Positions 41,301 to 55,412 are shown, counted from the stretch's first letter. The stretch: DNA of 64,000 bases from Eledone cirrhosa (GCA_964016885.1 OZ024742.1:75082001-75146000), one strand, 5' to 3'. The notes: generated from the letters alone by a model not told the origin. A program made the numbers and translations.

Positions 41301-44300
41301 GCAGTAGAAGTTTATGCAATAGCGGTTTGTGCAGTAGAAGTTCATGCAACAGAGGTTTGTGTAGTAGAGATTTGTGCAGTAGCAGTTTGTGCAATAGAAG
41401 TTTGTGCAATAGAAGTTTGTGCAGTAGAATTTTGTGCAACATACTTTTGTGCAGTAGAAGATTGTGCAGTAGAATTTTTTGTAGTAGAAGTTTGTGCAAT
41501 AGAGGTTTTCGCAATAGAAGTGTGTACAGTAGCTGGTTTTGCAGTAGAATTTTGTGCAACATAGGTTTATACAGTAGAAGTTTGTGCAACAGAGATTCGT
41601 GCAATATTGGTTTGTGCAGTAGATGTTCGCGTATCAGAGGTTTGCGCAGTAGAAGTTTATCCAATAGAAGTTTGTGCAGTAGAAGTTTGTGCAGTAGAAG
41701 TTTGGGCAATAGAGGTTTGTGCAGTAGAAGTTTGTGCAACAGCGTTTTGTGCAGAAGATGTTTGTGGAGTAGAGATTTGTGCAGTAGCAGTTTGTGCAAT
41801 AGAATTTTGTGCAATAGAAATTTGTCCAGTAGAAGTTTGTGCAACAGAGTTTTGTGCAGTAGAGTTTTGTGCAACATACTTTTGTGCAGTACAAGATTGT
41901 GCAGTAGAAGCTTGTGCAGTAGAAATTCGTGCAGTAGAAGTTTATGCAATAGCGGTTTGTGGAGTAGAAGTTCGTGCAACAGCGATTTGTGCAGTAGAGG
42001 TCTGTGAAATATAGATTTGTGCAGTAGATGTTTGTGCAGTAGAAGCTTGTGCAGTAGAAATTCGTCCAGTAGAAGTTTGTGCAGTAGATGTTTCTGCAGT
42101 ACAAGTTTGTGCAGTAGCAGTTTGTGCAGTAGAAATTTATGCACTAGATGTTTGTGAAGTAGATGTTTCTGCAGTACAAGTTTGTGCAGTAGCAGTTTGT
42201 GCAGTAGATGTTTGTGCAGTAGAAGTTTGTGCAATACAGGTTTGTGCATTGGAAGATTTTGCAACAGCGGTTTGTGCAGTAGAAGTGTGTGCAGTAGAGG
42301 TTTGTGCAGTAGATGTTTCTGCAGTACAAGTTTGTGCAGTAGCAGTTTGTGCAGTAAAAGTTTGTGCAGTAGAGGTTTTTTCAATAGACGTTTGTACAGT
42401 AGAAGTTTGTGCAGTAGAAGCTTGTGCAACAGAGGTGTGTGCAGTAGAAGTTTGTGCAGCTGAAGCTTGTGCAACAGACGTTTGTACAGTACAATTTGTG
42501 TAGAAGTTTGGGCAATAGAGGTTTGTGCAGTAGAAGTTGGAGCAGAAGCAGTTTGTCCAATAGACGTTTGTGCAGTAGAAGTTGGAGCAGAAGAAGTTTG
42601 TCCAATAGAGGTTTGTGCATTAGAAGATTGTGCAACAGCGTTTTGTGCAGTAGATGTTTGTGCAACAGAGGCTTGTGCAATCAAGTTTGTGCAGTAGAAG
42701 TTTGTGCAGTAGAGGTTTGTGCAGTAGAGATCTGTGCAGTAGCAGTTTGTGCAATAGAAGTTTGTGCAATAGAAGTTTGTGCAATAGAAGTTTGTGCAAC
42801 AGAGTTTTGTGCAACATACCTTTGTGCAGTAGAAGATTGTGCAGTAGAAGATTGTCCAGTAGAAGAGTGTGCAGTAGAAGCTTGTGCAACAGAGGTTTGT
42901 GCAGTAGAGGTCTGTGCAATAGAGATTTGTGCAGTAGAGGTCTGTGCAATAGAGATTTGTGCAGTAGATGTTTGTGCATTAGAAGCTTGTGCAGTAGAAA
43001 TTCGTCCAGTAGAAGTTTGTGCAGTAGATGTTTCTGCAGTACAAGTTTGTGCAGTAGCAGTTTGTGCAGTAGATGTTTGTGCATTAGAGGTTTGTGCAAC
43101 AGAGGTGTGCAGTAGAAGTTTGTGCAGCAAATGTTTGTGCACTAGAAATTTGTGCAACTGAGGTTTGGGAAGAAGAGGTTTATGCAGTTGAAGTTTGTGC
43201 AACTGAGGTTACTGCAGTAGAAGTTTGTGCAGTAGAAGTTTGTACAGTAGAAGTTTGTGGAGTGGAATTTTGTGCAGTAGATGTTTGTGCAATAGAAGTG
43301 TGTACAGTAGCTGGTTTTGCAATAGAAGTTTGTGCAGTAGATGTTTGTGCAGTAGAGGTTTGTGCAGTAGAAGTTTGTGCAGCATCAGTTTATCCAGTAC
43401 AAGTTTGTGCAGTAGCAGTTTGTGCAGTAGATGTTTGTGCATTAGAGATTTGTGCAACAGAGGTGTGTGCAGTAGAAGTTTGTGCAGCAGAAGTTTGTGC
43501 ACTAGAAATTCGTGCGACTGATATTTGGGCAGAAAAGGTTTATGCAGTAAAAGATTGTGCAACTGAGGTTTCTGCAGTAGAAGTTTGTGCAGCAGAAGCT
43601 TGAGCAGTAGAGGTTTGTACAGTAGAAGTTTGTGCAGTAGATGTTTCTGCAGTACAAGTTTGTGCAGTAGCAGTTTGTGCAGTAAAAGTTTGTGCAGTAG
43701 AGGTTTTTTCAATAGACGTTTGTACAGTAGAAGTTTGTGCAGTAGAAGCTTGTGCAACAGAGGTGTGTGCAGTAGAAGTTTGTGCAGCTGAAGCTTGTGC
43801 AACAGACGTTTGTACAGTATAATTTGTGTAGAAGTTTGGGCAATAGAGGTTTGTGCAGTAGAAGTTGGAGCAGAAGCAGTTTGTCCAATAGACGTTTGTG
43901 CAGTAGAAGTTGGAGCAGAAGAAGTTTGTCCAATAGAGGTTTGTGCATTAGAAGATTGTGCAACAGCGTTTTGTGCAGTAGATGTTTGTGCAACAGAGGC
44001 TTGTGCAATCAAGTTTGTGCAGTAGAAGTTTGTGCAGTAGAGGTTTGTGCAGTAGCAGTTTGTGCAATAGAAGTTTGTGCAATAGAAGTTTGTGCAGTAG
44101 AAGTTTGTGCAACAGAGTTTTGTGCAGTATAATTTTGTGCAACATACTTTTGTGCAGTAGAAGATTGTGCAGTAGAAGATTGTGCAGTAGAAGATTGTGC
44201 AGTAGAAGCTTGTGCAACAGAGGTTTGTGCAGTAGAGGTCTGTGCAATAGAGATTTGTGCAGTAGAGGTCTGTGCAATAGAGATTTGTGCAGTAGATGTT

Positions 44301-47300
44301 TGTGCATTCGAAGCTTGTGCAGTAGAAATTCGTCCAGTAGAAGTTTGTGCAGTAGATGTTTCTGCAGTACAAGTTTGTGCAGTAGCAGTTTGTGCAGTAG
44401 ATGTTTGTGCATTAGAGGTTTGTGCAACAGAGGTGTGCAGTAGAAGTTTGTGCAGCAAATGTTTGTGCACTAGAAATTTGTGCAACTGAGGTTTGGGCAG
44501 AAGAGGTTTATGCAGTTGAAGTTTGTGCAACTGAGGTTACTGCAGTAGAAGTTTGTGCAGTAGAAGTTTGTACAGTAGAACTTTGTGGAGTGGAATTTTG
44601 TGCAGTAGATGTTTGTGCAATAGAAGTGTGTACAGTAGCTGGTTTTGCAGTAGAAGTTTGTGTAACATAGGTTTATGCAGTAGAAGTTTGTGCAACATAG
44701 GTTTATGGAGTAGAAGTTTGTGCAACAAAGATTCGTGCAATATTGGTTTGTGCAGTAGAAGTTTGTGCAATAGAGGTTTGTGCAGTAGACGTTCGCGTAT
44801 CAGAGGTTTGCGCAGTAGAAGTTTGTCCAATAGAAGTTTGTGCAGTAGAAGTTTGGGCAATGGAGGTTTGTGCAGTAGAAGGTTTTGCAATATAGTTTTG
44901 AGCAATAGAAGTTTGTGCAGTAGATGTTTGTGCAGTAGTGGTTTGTGCAGTAGAAGTTTGTGCAGCATCAGTTTATCCAGTACAAGTTTGTGCAGTAGCA
45001 GTTTGTGCAGAAGATGTTTGTGCATTAGAGATTTGTGCAACAGAGGTGTGTGCAGTAGAAGTTTGTGCAGCAGAAGTTTGTGCACTAGAAATTCGTGCGA
45101 CTGAGATTTAGGCAGAAAAGGTTTATGCAGTAAAAGATTGTGCAACTGAGGTTTCTGCAGTAGAAGTTTGTGCAGCAGAAGCTTGAGCAGTAGAAATTTG
45201 TGAAGTAGAAGGTTGTGCAGTAGAGGTTTGTACAGTAGAAGTTTGTGCAGTGGATTTTTGTGCAGTAGAAGTTTGTGCAGTAGAAGTTTGTGTAGTAGAA
45301 GATTGTGCAGGAGAGGTTTTCGCAATAGAAGTGTGTACAATAGCTGGTTTTGCAGTAGAAGTTTGTGCAACATAGGTTTATGCAGTAGAAGTTTGTGCAA
45401 CAGAGGTTCGTGCAATAGAGGTTTGTGCAGTAGATGTTCGCGTATCACAGGTTTGCGCAGTAGAAGTTTGTCCAACAGAAGTTTGTGCAGTAGAAGTTTG
45501 GGCAATAGAGGTTTGTGCAGTAGAAGTTTGTGCAATAGAGGTTTGTTCAGTAGAAGTTTGGGCAATAGAGGTTTGCGCAGTAGATGTTCGCGTAACAGAG
45601 GTTTGCGCAGTAGAAGTTTGTCCAACAGAAGTTTGTGCAGTAGAGGTTTGTGTAACGGAGTTTTGTGCAGTAGAAGGTTTTGCAATATAGTTTTGTTCAA
45701 TAGAAGTTTGTGCAGTAGATGTTTGTGCAGTAGAGGTTTGTGCAGTAGAAGTTTGTGCAGTAGAAGTTTGTGTAACAGACTTTTGTCCAACATCGGATTG
45801 TGTAGTAGAAGCTCGTGCAACATAAAATTTTGCAGTAGAAATTTATGCAATATCGGTTTGTGCAGTAGAATTGTGTGCAGTAGATGTTTGTGCAATAGAG
45901 GTTTGTGCAGTATAATTCGTGCAGCAAAGTTTGTGCAATAGAGATTTCTGTAGTAAAAGTTTGTGCAGGAGATGTTTGTGCAGTAGAAATTTATGCAGTA
46001 GAAGTTTGTGCAACAGAGATTTGGCAGTAGAAGTTTGTGCAGTAGAAGTCTGTGCAATAGAGGTTTCTGCAGTAGAAGATTGTGCAGTAGAGGTTTGTGT
46101 AGCGGAGTTTTGTGCAGTTGATGTTTATAGAACAAAGTTTTCTTCATTAGAAGTTTGTGCAACAAAGGTTTGCGCAACATTGGTTTGTGCAGTAGAAGTT
46201 TGTGAAATATGAGTTTGTGCAGTAGAGGTTTCTGCAGTAGAAGTCTGTGCAGTAGAAGCTTGTTCAGTAGAAATTTGTGCAGTAGAAGATTGTGCAGTTG
46301 ATGTTTGTGCAACAGAGGTTTGTGCAACATTGGTTTGTGCAGTAGAAGTTTCTGAATGATAAGTTTGTGCAGTAGAAGTTTGTGCAATAGAGTTTTGTGT
46401 AACAGAGGTTTGGGCAGTGATATTTATAAAACAGAGGTTTGTGCAACAGAGGTTTGTACAGTAGAACCTTGTGCTACAGATGTTTGTGCAGTAGACGTTT
46501 GTGCAGTAGAAGTTTGTGCAACATAGTTTTGTGCAGTAGGCGTTTGTGCAATGATGTTTTGTGCTGTAGAAAATTGTGCAACTGATGTTTCTGCAACAGA
46601 GGTTTGTGCAACTTAGGTTTGTGCAGTAGAAGTATGTGCAACATAGGTTGGGGCAGTTGATGTTTGTAGAACAGAGTTTTGTCCAGTAGAATTTTGTGTT
46701 ATAGAGGTTTGTCCAGTAGAAGTTTGTGGAACAGAGGTTGGTGCAACATTGGTTTGTGCAGTAGAAGTTTATGCAACAGACGTTTGTGTAGGAGAGGTTT
46801 GTTCAGTTAATGTTTGTAAAGCAGAGGTTTGTGCAACAGTTGTTTGAGCAATAGAAGTTTGTGCAATAGAGGTTTGTGCAGTAGAAGTTTTTGCAACAGA
46901 GGTCTGTGCAACATAATATTGCGCAACAGAGGTTTGTGCAGTAGAAGTTTATGCAGTAGACGTTTGTGCAGTAGAAGTGTGTGAAACAGATGTCTGTGCA
47001 GTAGGCGTTTGTGGAACGGAGGTTTGTGCAGTAGAAAATTATGCAACAGATATTTATGCAACAGAGGTTTGAGCAACAGAGGTTTGTGCAGTAGAAGTGT
47101 GTGCAACTGAGGTATGTGAAACAGCGTTTTGTGCAACAGAGGTTTGAGCAGTAGAAGTTTGTGCCACAGAGATTTGTGCAACGTTGGTTTGTGCAGTAGA
47201 GGTTTGTGCACTAGAAGTTTGTTCAACAGAGGTTTGTGCAGCAGAGGTTTGTGCATCAGAGGTTTGTGCAATAGAGGTTTGTTCAGTAGATGTGTGTGCA

Positions 47301-48631
47301 ACAGAGGTTTGTGCAACAGAGTTTTGTGCAACATAGGTTTGTGCAGTAGACGTTTGTGCAACATAACTTTATGCATTAGAAGTTTGTGCAAAAAAGGTTT
47401 GTGAGTAGAAGTTTGCGCAACAGAGGTTTGTGCAGTAGAAGTGTGTGCAACTGAGGTATGTGCACTATTTGTGCCGCAGAGGTTTGTGCAACAGAGGTTT
47501 GTGCAATAGAAATCTGTGTAACAGAGGGTTGTGCAACATTGTTTTGTGCAGTAGACGTTTGTGCAACAGAGCTTTCTGGAGTAGAAGTTTGTACAACAGA
47601 GGTTTGTGCAACGTTGGTTTGTGCAGTATAAGTTTGTGCAATAGAGGTATGTGCATAGACGTTTGTGCAACAGATATTTGTGCAGTTGAAGTTTGTGCAG
47701 CATCGATTTGTGCAACATTGGTTTGTGCAGTAGAAGTTTGTGCAATGGAGGTTTGTGCAGTAGAAGTTTGTGTAACAGAGGTTAGTGCTGTAGACCTTTG
47801 TGCAACGGGGGTTTGTGCAGAAGAAATTTGTGCAACAGATGTTTGTGCAACAGTGGTTTATGCAGTAGAAGTTTGTGCAACAGGGGTTTGTACAACAGGG
47901 GTTTGTCCAACAGATGTTTGTGCAGTATTTGCTCGTGCAACAGAGGTTTGTTCAGTAGAACTTTGTACAGTAGAATTTTGTGCACTAGAGGTTTGTACAA
48001 CTGAGGTTTGTGCAGTAGAAGTTTGTGCAACAGAAGTTTGTGTAGCAGAGGTTTGTGTAGCATAGGTCTGTGCAGTTGATGTTTGTGGAACAGAAGTTTG
48101 CGCAGTAGAAGGTTGAGTGACACAAGTTTGTGCAACAGCGGTTTGTGTAGTTGGTGTTTGTGCAACAGAGGTTTGTGCAGTGGAAGTTTGTGCAACAGAG
48201 GTTTGTGCAATAGAAGTTTGTGCAACATGACTTTGTGCAGTAGAAGTTTGTGCAACAAAGGTTTGTGCACCAGAGTTTTGTGGAACAGAGGTTTGTGCCG
48301 TAGAAATTTGTACAACAGAGTTTTGTGCAGCAGAAGTTTGTGCAACAGAGTTTTGTGCAGTTGTTGTTTTTGCAGCAGTTGTTTGTACACCACATCTTTG
48401 TGCAGCAGAGGTTTGTGCAACAGTTGTTTGTGCAGCAGTTATTTGTGCAGCAGTTGTTTGTGCAGTAGATGTGTGTGCAGTATATGTTTGGGCAGCAGAA
48501 GCTTGTGCAGCATAGGTTCGTGCAGTATTTGTTTGTGCAGCAGAGGTTCGTGCAGCATAGGTTCGTTCAGTAGTTGTTTGTGCAGCATATGTTCGTGCAG
48601 TAGTTGTTTGTGCAGCAGAGGTTTGTGTCAT
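35328..48631. repeat. 15-bp minisatellite, consensus GTGCAGTAGAAGTTT, ~13.3 kb (about 880-890 units), with higher-order duplications
   Basis: Direct reading. Near-duplicate ORFs are offset by 1332 bp (36312/37644) and 1328 bp (42454/43782, 42620/43948, 43225/44553). Confidence 0.97.
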
Positions 48632-48879
48632 TAAAGCGACAAGGAAAATTTAATCAGCTTAATGTCTTGCCTAACTCATACTTCCTTTCATCTCTTTCTT
48701 AAATCCGCTTTTTTTTCTACCAATATATCAACATAATCAACATCTCTCACCTTACAACCCACCACCGCCACCACCACCAACACCACCGCCGTCACCGCCA
48801 CCACAACCACCACCACCACCACTCTGCAATCTAAATACAGTATTGTATAGTTTTTCCTCCATCACTACTCATTTAAATC

Positions 48880-50465
48880 TTCCAGCCTTCAACCCATACC
48901 ACGTTCCATTCTTCTACCCCATACCACCTTCCAGTCTTCTACCCCATACAACCTTCTAGTCTTCTACCCAACCTTCCAATTTTCTACCCCATACCACCTT
49001 CCAACCTTCTACCCCATGCAACCATCCAGCCTTCTACCCCATACAACCTTCCAATCTTCTACCCCATACCACCTTCAAGCCTTCTACCCCATACCATCGT
49101 CCAGCCTTCTACCCAACCTTCCAGTCTTCTACTCCATACAACCTCCCAGTCTTCTACCCCATACCACCTTCCAATCTTCTACCCCATACCACCATCCAGC
49201 CTTCTACCCCATACCACCTTCCAGCCTTCTACCCCATACCACCTTCCAGCCCTCTACCCCATACCACCTTCCAGCCTTCTACCACATACCACCTTCCAAT
49301 CTTCTACCCCATACCACTATCCTGCCTTTCACCCCATACAGCCTTCCAATCTTGTACCCCATACAACCTCCCAATCTTCTACCCCACACCACCTACCAGT
49401 CTTCTACCCTATACAACGTACCAACCTTCTACCCCATACCACCTTCCAGCCTTCTACCCCATACAACCTTCCAGCCTTCTACCCCATACCAACTTCCAAT
49501 CTTCTACCCCATACCACCTTTCAGCCTTCTACCCCATACCACCTATCAGTCTTCTACCCCATACAACATCCCAACCTTCTACCCCATACCACCTTCCAAT
49601 CTTCTACCCCATACCAACTTTCAGCCTTCTACCCCATACCACCTTTCAGCCTTCTACCACATACCACCTTCCAGCCTTCTACCCCATACAACCTTCCAGC
49701 CTTCTACCCCATACCACCTTCCAATCTTCTACCCCATACCACCTTACAGCCCTCTACCCCATACCACCATTCAGCCTTCTACCCCATACCACCTTACAGC
49801 CCTCTACCCCATACCACCTTCCAGCCCTCTACCCCATACTACCTTCCAGCCTTCTACCCCATACCACCTCCCAGCCCTCTACCCCATACCACCTTCCAGC
49901 CCTCTACCCCATACCACCTTCCAGCCCTCTACCCCATACCACCTTCCAGCCTTCTACCCCATACCACTTTCCAGCCTTTTACCCCATACCACCTTCCAGC
50001 CCTCTACCCCATACTACCTTCCAACCTTCTACCCCATACCACCTCCCAGCCCTCTACCCCATACCACCTTCCAGCCCTCTACCCCATACCACCTTCCAGC
50101 CCTCTACCCCATACCACCTTCCAGCCTTCTACCCCATACCACCTTCCAGCCTTTTACCCCATACCACCTTTCAGCCCTCTACCCCATACCACCTTCCAGC
50201 CTTCTACCCCATACCACCTTTCAGCCTTTTACCCATACCACCTTCCAGCCTTCTACCCCATACCACCTTCCATCCTTCTACCCCATACCACCTTTCAATC
50301 TTCTACCCCATACCACCTTTCAGCCCTCTACCCCATACCACCTTCCAGCCTTCTACCCCATACCACCTTTCAGCCTTTTACCCATACCACCTTCCAGCCT
50401 TCTACCCCATACCACCTTCCAGCCTTTTACCTCATACCACCTTTCAATCTTCTACTACATACAAC
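48880..50465. repeat. 25-bp minisatellite, consensus CCTTCTACCCCATACCACCTTCCAG (~63 units)
   Basis: Direct reading. Preceded by an imperfect (CCA)n at ~48760-48822. Confidence 0.95.
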
Positions 50466-50728
50466 CACTATGCAGATTTGCCGCACTGAGTTCCATTGCG
50501 ATTCTGATATTAATCTCCCTTTCGCTCACCATGTATTTCGTTATAGCTATTATAATCAGTTTATCTCTGGCTGATCAGCACACTGCATTAATGTGCATGA
50601 AATCACTTTTCATCTATGATGTGTATTTAAAAATTTGGCTCCAATAAACTTATTGTAATTATTCGCCGACAAAGTGTAATGATTGTGTACCTATCTATCT
50701 ATCTATCTACTTAACCCCTATCTCTAAC

Positions 50729-50871
<143 letters not shown>

Positions 50872-50890
50872 GTATACGTACATATATATA

Positions 50891-51720
50891 TGGAATAGAA
50901 TGAAACGAAATTTAATTTCTCACTCTTAGTACGGCACTTACTTAAATGTAAGTATGTATATATGTATACGTACATACATATATGTATACAGACGTACAGT
51001 AGTATGTATATATATATACACATATATATATGCACGTATCGGTTTACCGAACATTTATTATAATGCTCGGTTTATTTGTTTGTAAACAAACAAACAGCCT
51101 GAATTACGCCGTACAGTGTTAGGCAACCACGTTACCTATTTGTTCAACACTGACACAGGAACGATGTACTAGTTTCAAGCTTATTAGCTATCGTCAGCAT
51201 CGTATACCTTCCTGCCAGATGGTTGAACGTCTGAAAGTATATACTTTCCTTATGCATATTAACGGCTGAGCAACCTAATTTGCATATCGAGTGAGTTCAG
51301 TCGGCCGGGCATACCGAAAACGATAAATGGAATAGAATGAAACGAAATTTCATTTCTCACTCTTAGTACGGCACTTACTTAAATGTAAGTAGTATGTATG
51401 TATGTATACGTACATACATATATGTATACAGACGTACAGTAGTATGTATATATATATACACATGCACACATATATATATATGCACGTATCGGTTTACCGA
51501 ACATTTATTATAATGCTCGGTTTATTTTGTTTGTAAACAAACAAACAAACAGCCCGTATTACGCTGTACAGTGTTAAGGCAACCACGTCACCTTTTTGTT
51601 CAACACTGACACAGGAAGATACGTGCATATATATATGTGTGCATGTGTGTATATATATACATACTACTGTACGTCTGTATATATATATGTATGTACGTAT
51701 ACATACATACATACTTACAT
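50891..51720 (-). mobile_element. HHR-bearing non-coding element: partial tandem (~437-bp period) plus terminal inversion
   Basis: 50891-51160 is repeated at 51328-51617. 51618-51720 inverts ~51385-51490. A 55-bp stub of the same terminus lies at 12851-12905. Confidence 0.8.
51161..51203 (-). ncRNA. Hammerhead ribozyme (minimal type I)
   Basis: Reverse complement reads acgatg CTGACGA t agct aata agct t GAAA ctag TA catcgt. Confidence 0.85.
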
Positions 51721-51722
51721 AC

Positions 51723-51848
<126 letters not shown>

Positions 51849-51927
51849 GGTAAACAGAAAATAACAAAGCAAACGACACAATTGACGAAATATATTAGCT
51901 TAACGCTTGAAATAGCAGGAAGAGAGT

Positions 51928-51961
51928 CTTAACATTTCGAACACTAGTCCTTCATCAGAAG
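51928..51961 (-). ncRNA. Minimal hammerhead motif at the 3' end of a probable PLE stub (~51845-52740)
   Basis: Reverse complement reads ctt CTGATGA a ggac tagt gttc GAAA tg TT aag. Upstream degenerate coding includes HEAFIV...SLNQDD. Confidence 0.55.
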
Positions 51962-52277
51962 TTAGAAATCGAAGATAGATAGAAAGGAGAGAGTGAGAAG
52001 AGAAAATCCTGAGGAAAAAGGAGGAAAGAAAGGGGGAAAAAAAAAACATTCGTGCGTATTCAGTCAGCCATTTTGGAGATTGCTAGTCAAGGGGTATTTT
52101 ACGCATTAGAGAGGTTTAGAAAGGGAAGTAATCAATGCATATGTGGAATAGATATGTGAGTATGTGCGCGAGTGAAATGATCGACGTAAGAAGGACGAGA
52201 GTGTATATGAATTTCTACATATACGCACACCCAGACACACACACATACACACACACATACACACACACACATACACA

Positions 52278-52318
<41 letters not shown>

Positions 52319-53836
52319 TAGCATTCGAGAGGGGTTGTCTAGAAAAGTGGAGATAGTCAATATGGTCGTGTGTGTGTATCTATGTATATATGTATGTATG
52401 TATGTATGTATCCAATGATGTTGACTTGTTCTTCTTTTTGGTAAATATCATCTTGGTTAAGAGAGTGGGACTGGCTTTGTGCAGTGCCTTTGCTCACTAT
52501 AAAAGCTTCATGGCACAGGCATTGCTTTATATCTGGAGATCTCTCTGCACTTGTCGTCACATGGTATCAAGGGCCCAGCACTATGTGTCAGTAATAGTCA
52601 CATGTGTAGTGTTTGTACCAGTGTGTTCATGTCGCTGGCTGGACTAAAAAGTCACACTCGTTCAGCGCATCAGTAGGGGTTCTCCTACATGGATATAAAG
52701 TAGTGGCCGTACTCGAAAACGAGTTGGCAGCCACCATGTATGTATGTATGTTCTTCTGGTTTTATAATTTCACAAATGTTTGCCAATAGAGAGAGAGTCG
52801 GTATATACACACACACACATACACACATACACACATGCGCACACACATATATATAGTTATATATATTTAGTGTAGTGTGGTGCAGCAATATAACATTGTT
52901 GCATACAGCATGTTGGGAATGTTAAATATATTTATTCATTTACGCGGTATAGTTTCAATCAGATGAAGCAGTTTATGTCGATGAGTCAATCGTTTGAGAT
53001 CTGTTATACATGTAAATGTCTTATTTACAAAGAGCTACGGAAGAATATGTTGGCAATCGGAATTAATTCACTTAAATTAAAATTGACGTAGAATGGCAGA
53101 TTATGTTGAACATCAAGTTACCATCCAAAGGGATTGGAAAATAACATGAAATGATTGAAAAAAACTCAGACCACATTCTCATTCAGGAAGTAAAAGTACA
53201 AAAAAATCCGTTCCAATTTTTATCTATAAATATTGCTTGGTTGTTAACAAAGATGGGATCTGTCTACATGGTAGTAATTCTACCGCCCCACAGAGAGCGT
53301 GTTTACACTCACCAAGCAAATTCTCATCAATTTGAAGGCACTTCAATGTAAATGATATCAAATGCGTCAATCTCAGTGGATTAAATTATTGCTCATTCCT
53401 CCTGTACAACGATGGCTTATATATAACATTGAAAAAGTCCCAAAAATATTTTACTAATATTATCTTGTCTATAAGCTGCATTAATATACGTATATAGAAA
53501 TGTACATCTATAAACGACTGAAAATGAAACAAAGATAAAGAATACTTAACCTTAACTAAAGTTGAACAATCAATATGTTTGCATGGAACAATAAAAATTT
53601 ACTTAGACCGACGGCGGAAACAAAAGATAAAATAGAATTTTTCAGGAGACATAGGCCAGTATAAAAACGTAAGAGAAATGACATGACATATGAATGATAC
53701 AGCACACACTATATTAATGATAGAATCATTGAGACACCATTCTGCTTCAGAAACTAAAAGTAAGAAATAATTTAACAATATTTCTGACAATAAAACACCT
53801 CTGGTCTTTATATATATATATATATATTATAGATAA

Positions 53837-53870
<34 letters not shown>

Positions 53871-53965
53871 TTTGAGTATGTTTACCGACACCTCAGTATG
53901 CAGATTGAAGGACTCGACGAAGTACGCAGGCTGGTTTGGTTACTCCGGAGTAATGTAAAATAAAG

Positions 53966-54278
53966 TAATTAAGTCAAATATTTAAGATTTGGCTTCGTTT
54001 ATTAAAGATGAACTGCTATATATATATTTCGGTGACAGCCATCTTTGGCTGTGACCTCTTCAGGCAGTTCGAATTGGTGTGGTAGAGACAGGTACACATG
54101 TTGTTAAAGTGTTTTACTCCGTCACTACTCCGATATGTCCAGCTCCTGGTTGGGTTGTTATTTCTCTGAGGAACTGAAATCATATGAAGAGGTCACAGCC
54201 AATGATGGGTGTCACCGAAATATATATAGCAGTACATCTTTAATAAACGAAGCCAAATCTTAAATATTTGACTTAATT

Positions 54279-54281
<3 letters not shown>
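53966..54281. mobile_element. Fold-back mini-element with ~97-bp inverted arms
   Basis: 53966-54062 is the reverse complement of 54185-54281. Flanked by (TA)n. Confidence 0.85.
54010..54070 (-). ncRNA. Hammerhead ribozyme (type I)
   Basis: Reverse complement reads gaactgc CTGAAGA ggtcacagcca aaga tggctgtcacc GAAA tatatata TA gcagttc. Confidence 0.88.
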
Positions 54282-54318
<37 letters not shown>

Positions 54319-54559
54319 ATACATCAGTAAATATTGCCTAGACAAAATGTATCGAAGACCATGCATATATATATATATAAATATATATATGTATAAATAT
54401 ATAATTGAAAAAACAAGAGAGATGAACACTAATATAAACATACATGTGTTCGAATCGTAAGGACCAAAATTTGCTGGGGTGAAAAAATACTAACTACAGT
54501 AATATAGTTTGTTATCCTTAACTTTAAATATTAAATTAAGAAATATAAATATATATATA

Positions 54560-54618
<59 letters not shown>

Positions 54619-55412
54619 TTATATATAATATATATATACACCCACACACTCATCCAAAACACGCACACACACACCAATTCACTACACTCCCTCCACTGTC
54701 CCCACACCTTTTCTCTCCCTCTCCACGCTCCACCCACACCCCTTTACACACACACACATCCCACTAACACCTCTACTAATACCCCCCTCCCCACTTCACC
54801 TTTCACACCTCCCAACCTCTCCCCTGCCCGTTGCGCATTTCTAATGATTTTCAAAAATAATTTTGAGATAGAGCGTCCGTGATGTTTGCTCTCTCTCTCT
54901 CTCTATATATATATTTATATATATGTGTGTGTGTATAATACTATACAATATTCATCACTGTGACCACTCCCCTCAACTACCTTTTTTATGTAGCCTTTAC
55001 CTGCCCTCAGCTGCCATCACAGTGTTGAATCAAAATGTTTTACTTCTCTATTTCTTACTGTATGTTTCTCTCTCATATTAATTCTAGGTTTTATTTCACC
55101 CTTCTGAACCTTGGGTGCGATAGAAGCAAGAATCCTAATATTAAAATTAATGGTGTTTCTTTTTCAAATACTTTTCACTAGAAGAAAAGTAAATCGTTTT
55201 AGATTTAAGCTATATTGCAAATCGAAATTCATCAGAGATTCGCTTTTACTCGCACTGCAGTAATTTAAATATGCCATGAACATATTAAGACCTCTAAGCG
55301 TTTGTCTATCTAGTTGGGTGTAACATTTACACTACTGAATTTCAACCGAATAATCACGACATGAATTTACTTCAGTCGTTTCTTATATGTGTAAATCTCT
55401 TCAGAGGTAAAT

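Noticed and set aside
35215-48634. Long HKLLL, CSRSL, AVEVC and CTNFY repeat ORFs (up to 620 aa)
   Set aside because: All six frames of the 15-bp unit are largely open, and the ORFs switch frame at indels. This is a satellite artefact.
49016-50647. 543-aa Pro-rich ORF
   Set aside because: The 25-bp unit is not a multiple of 3 and has no stop in any plus frame. The peptide simply cycles through all three frames.
53313-53401. Minus-strand exon-like segment with AG and GTGAGT boundaries
   Set aside because: It has stops in all three frames and no other support.
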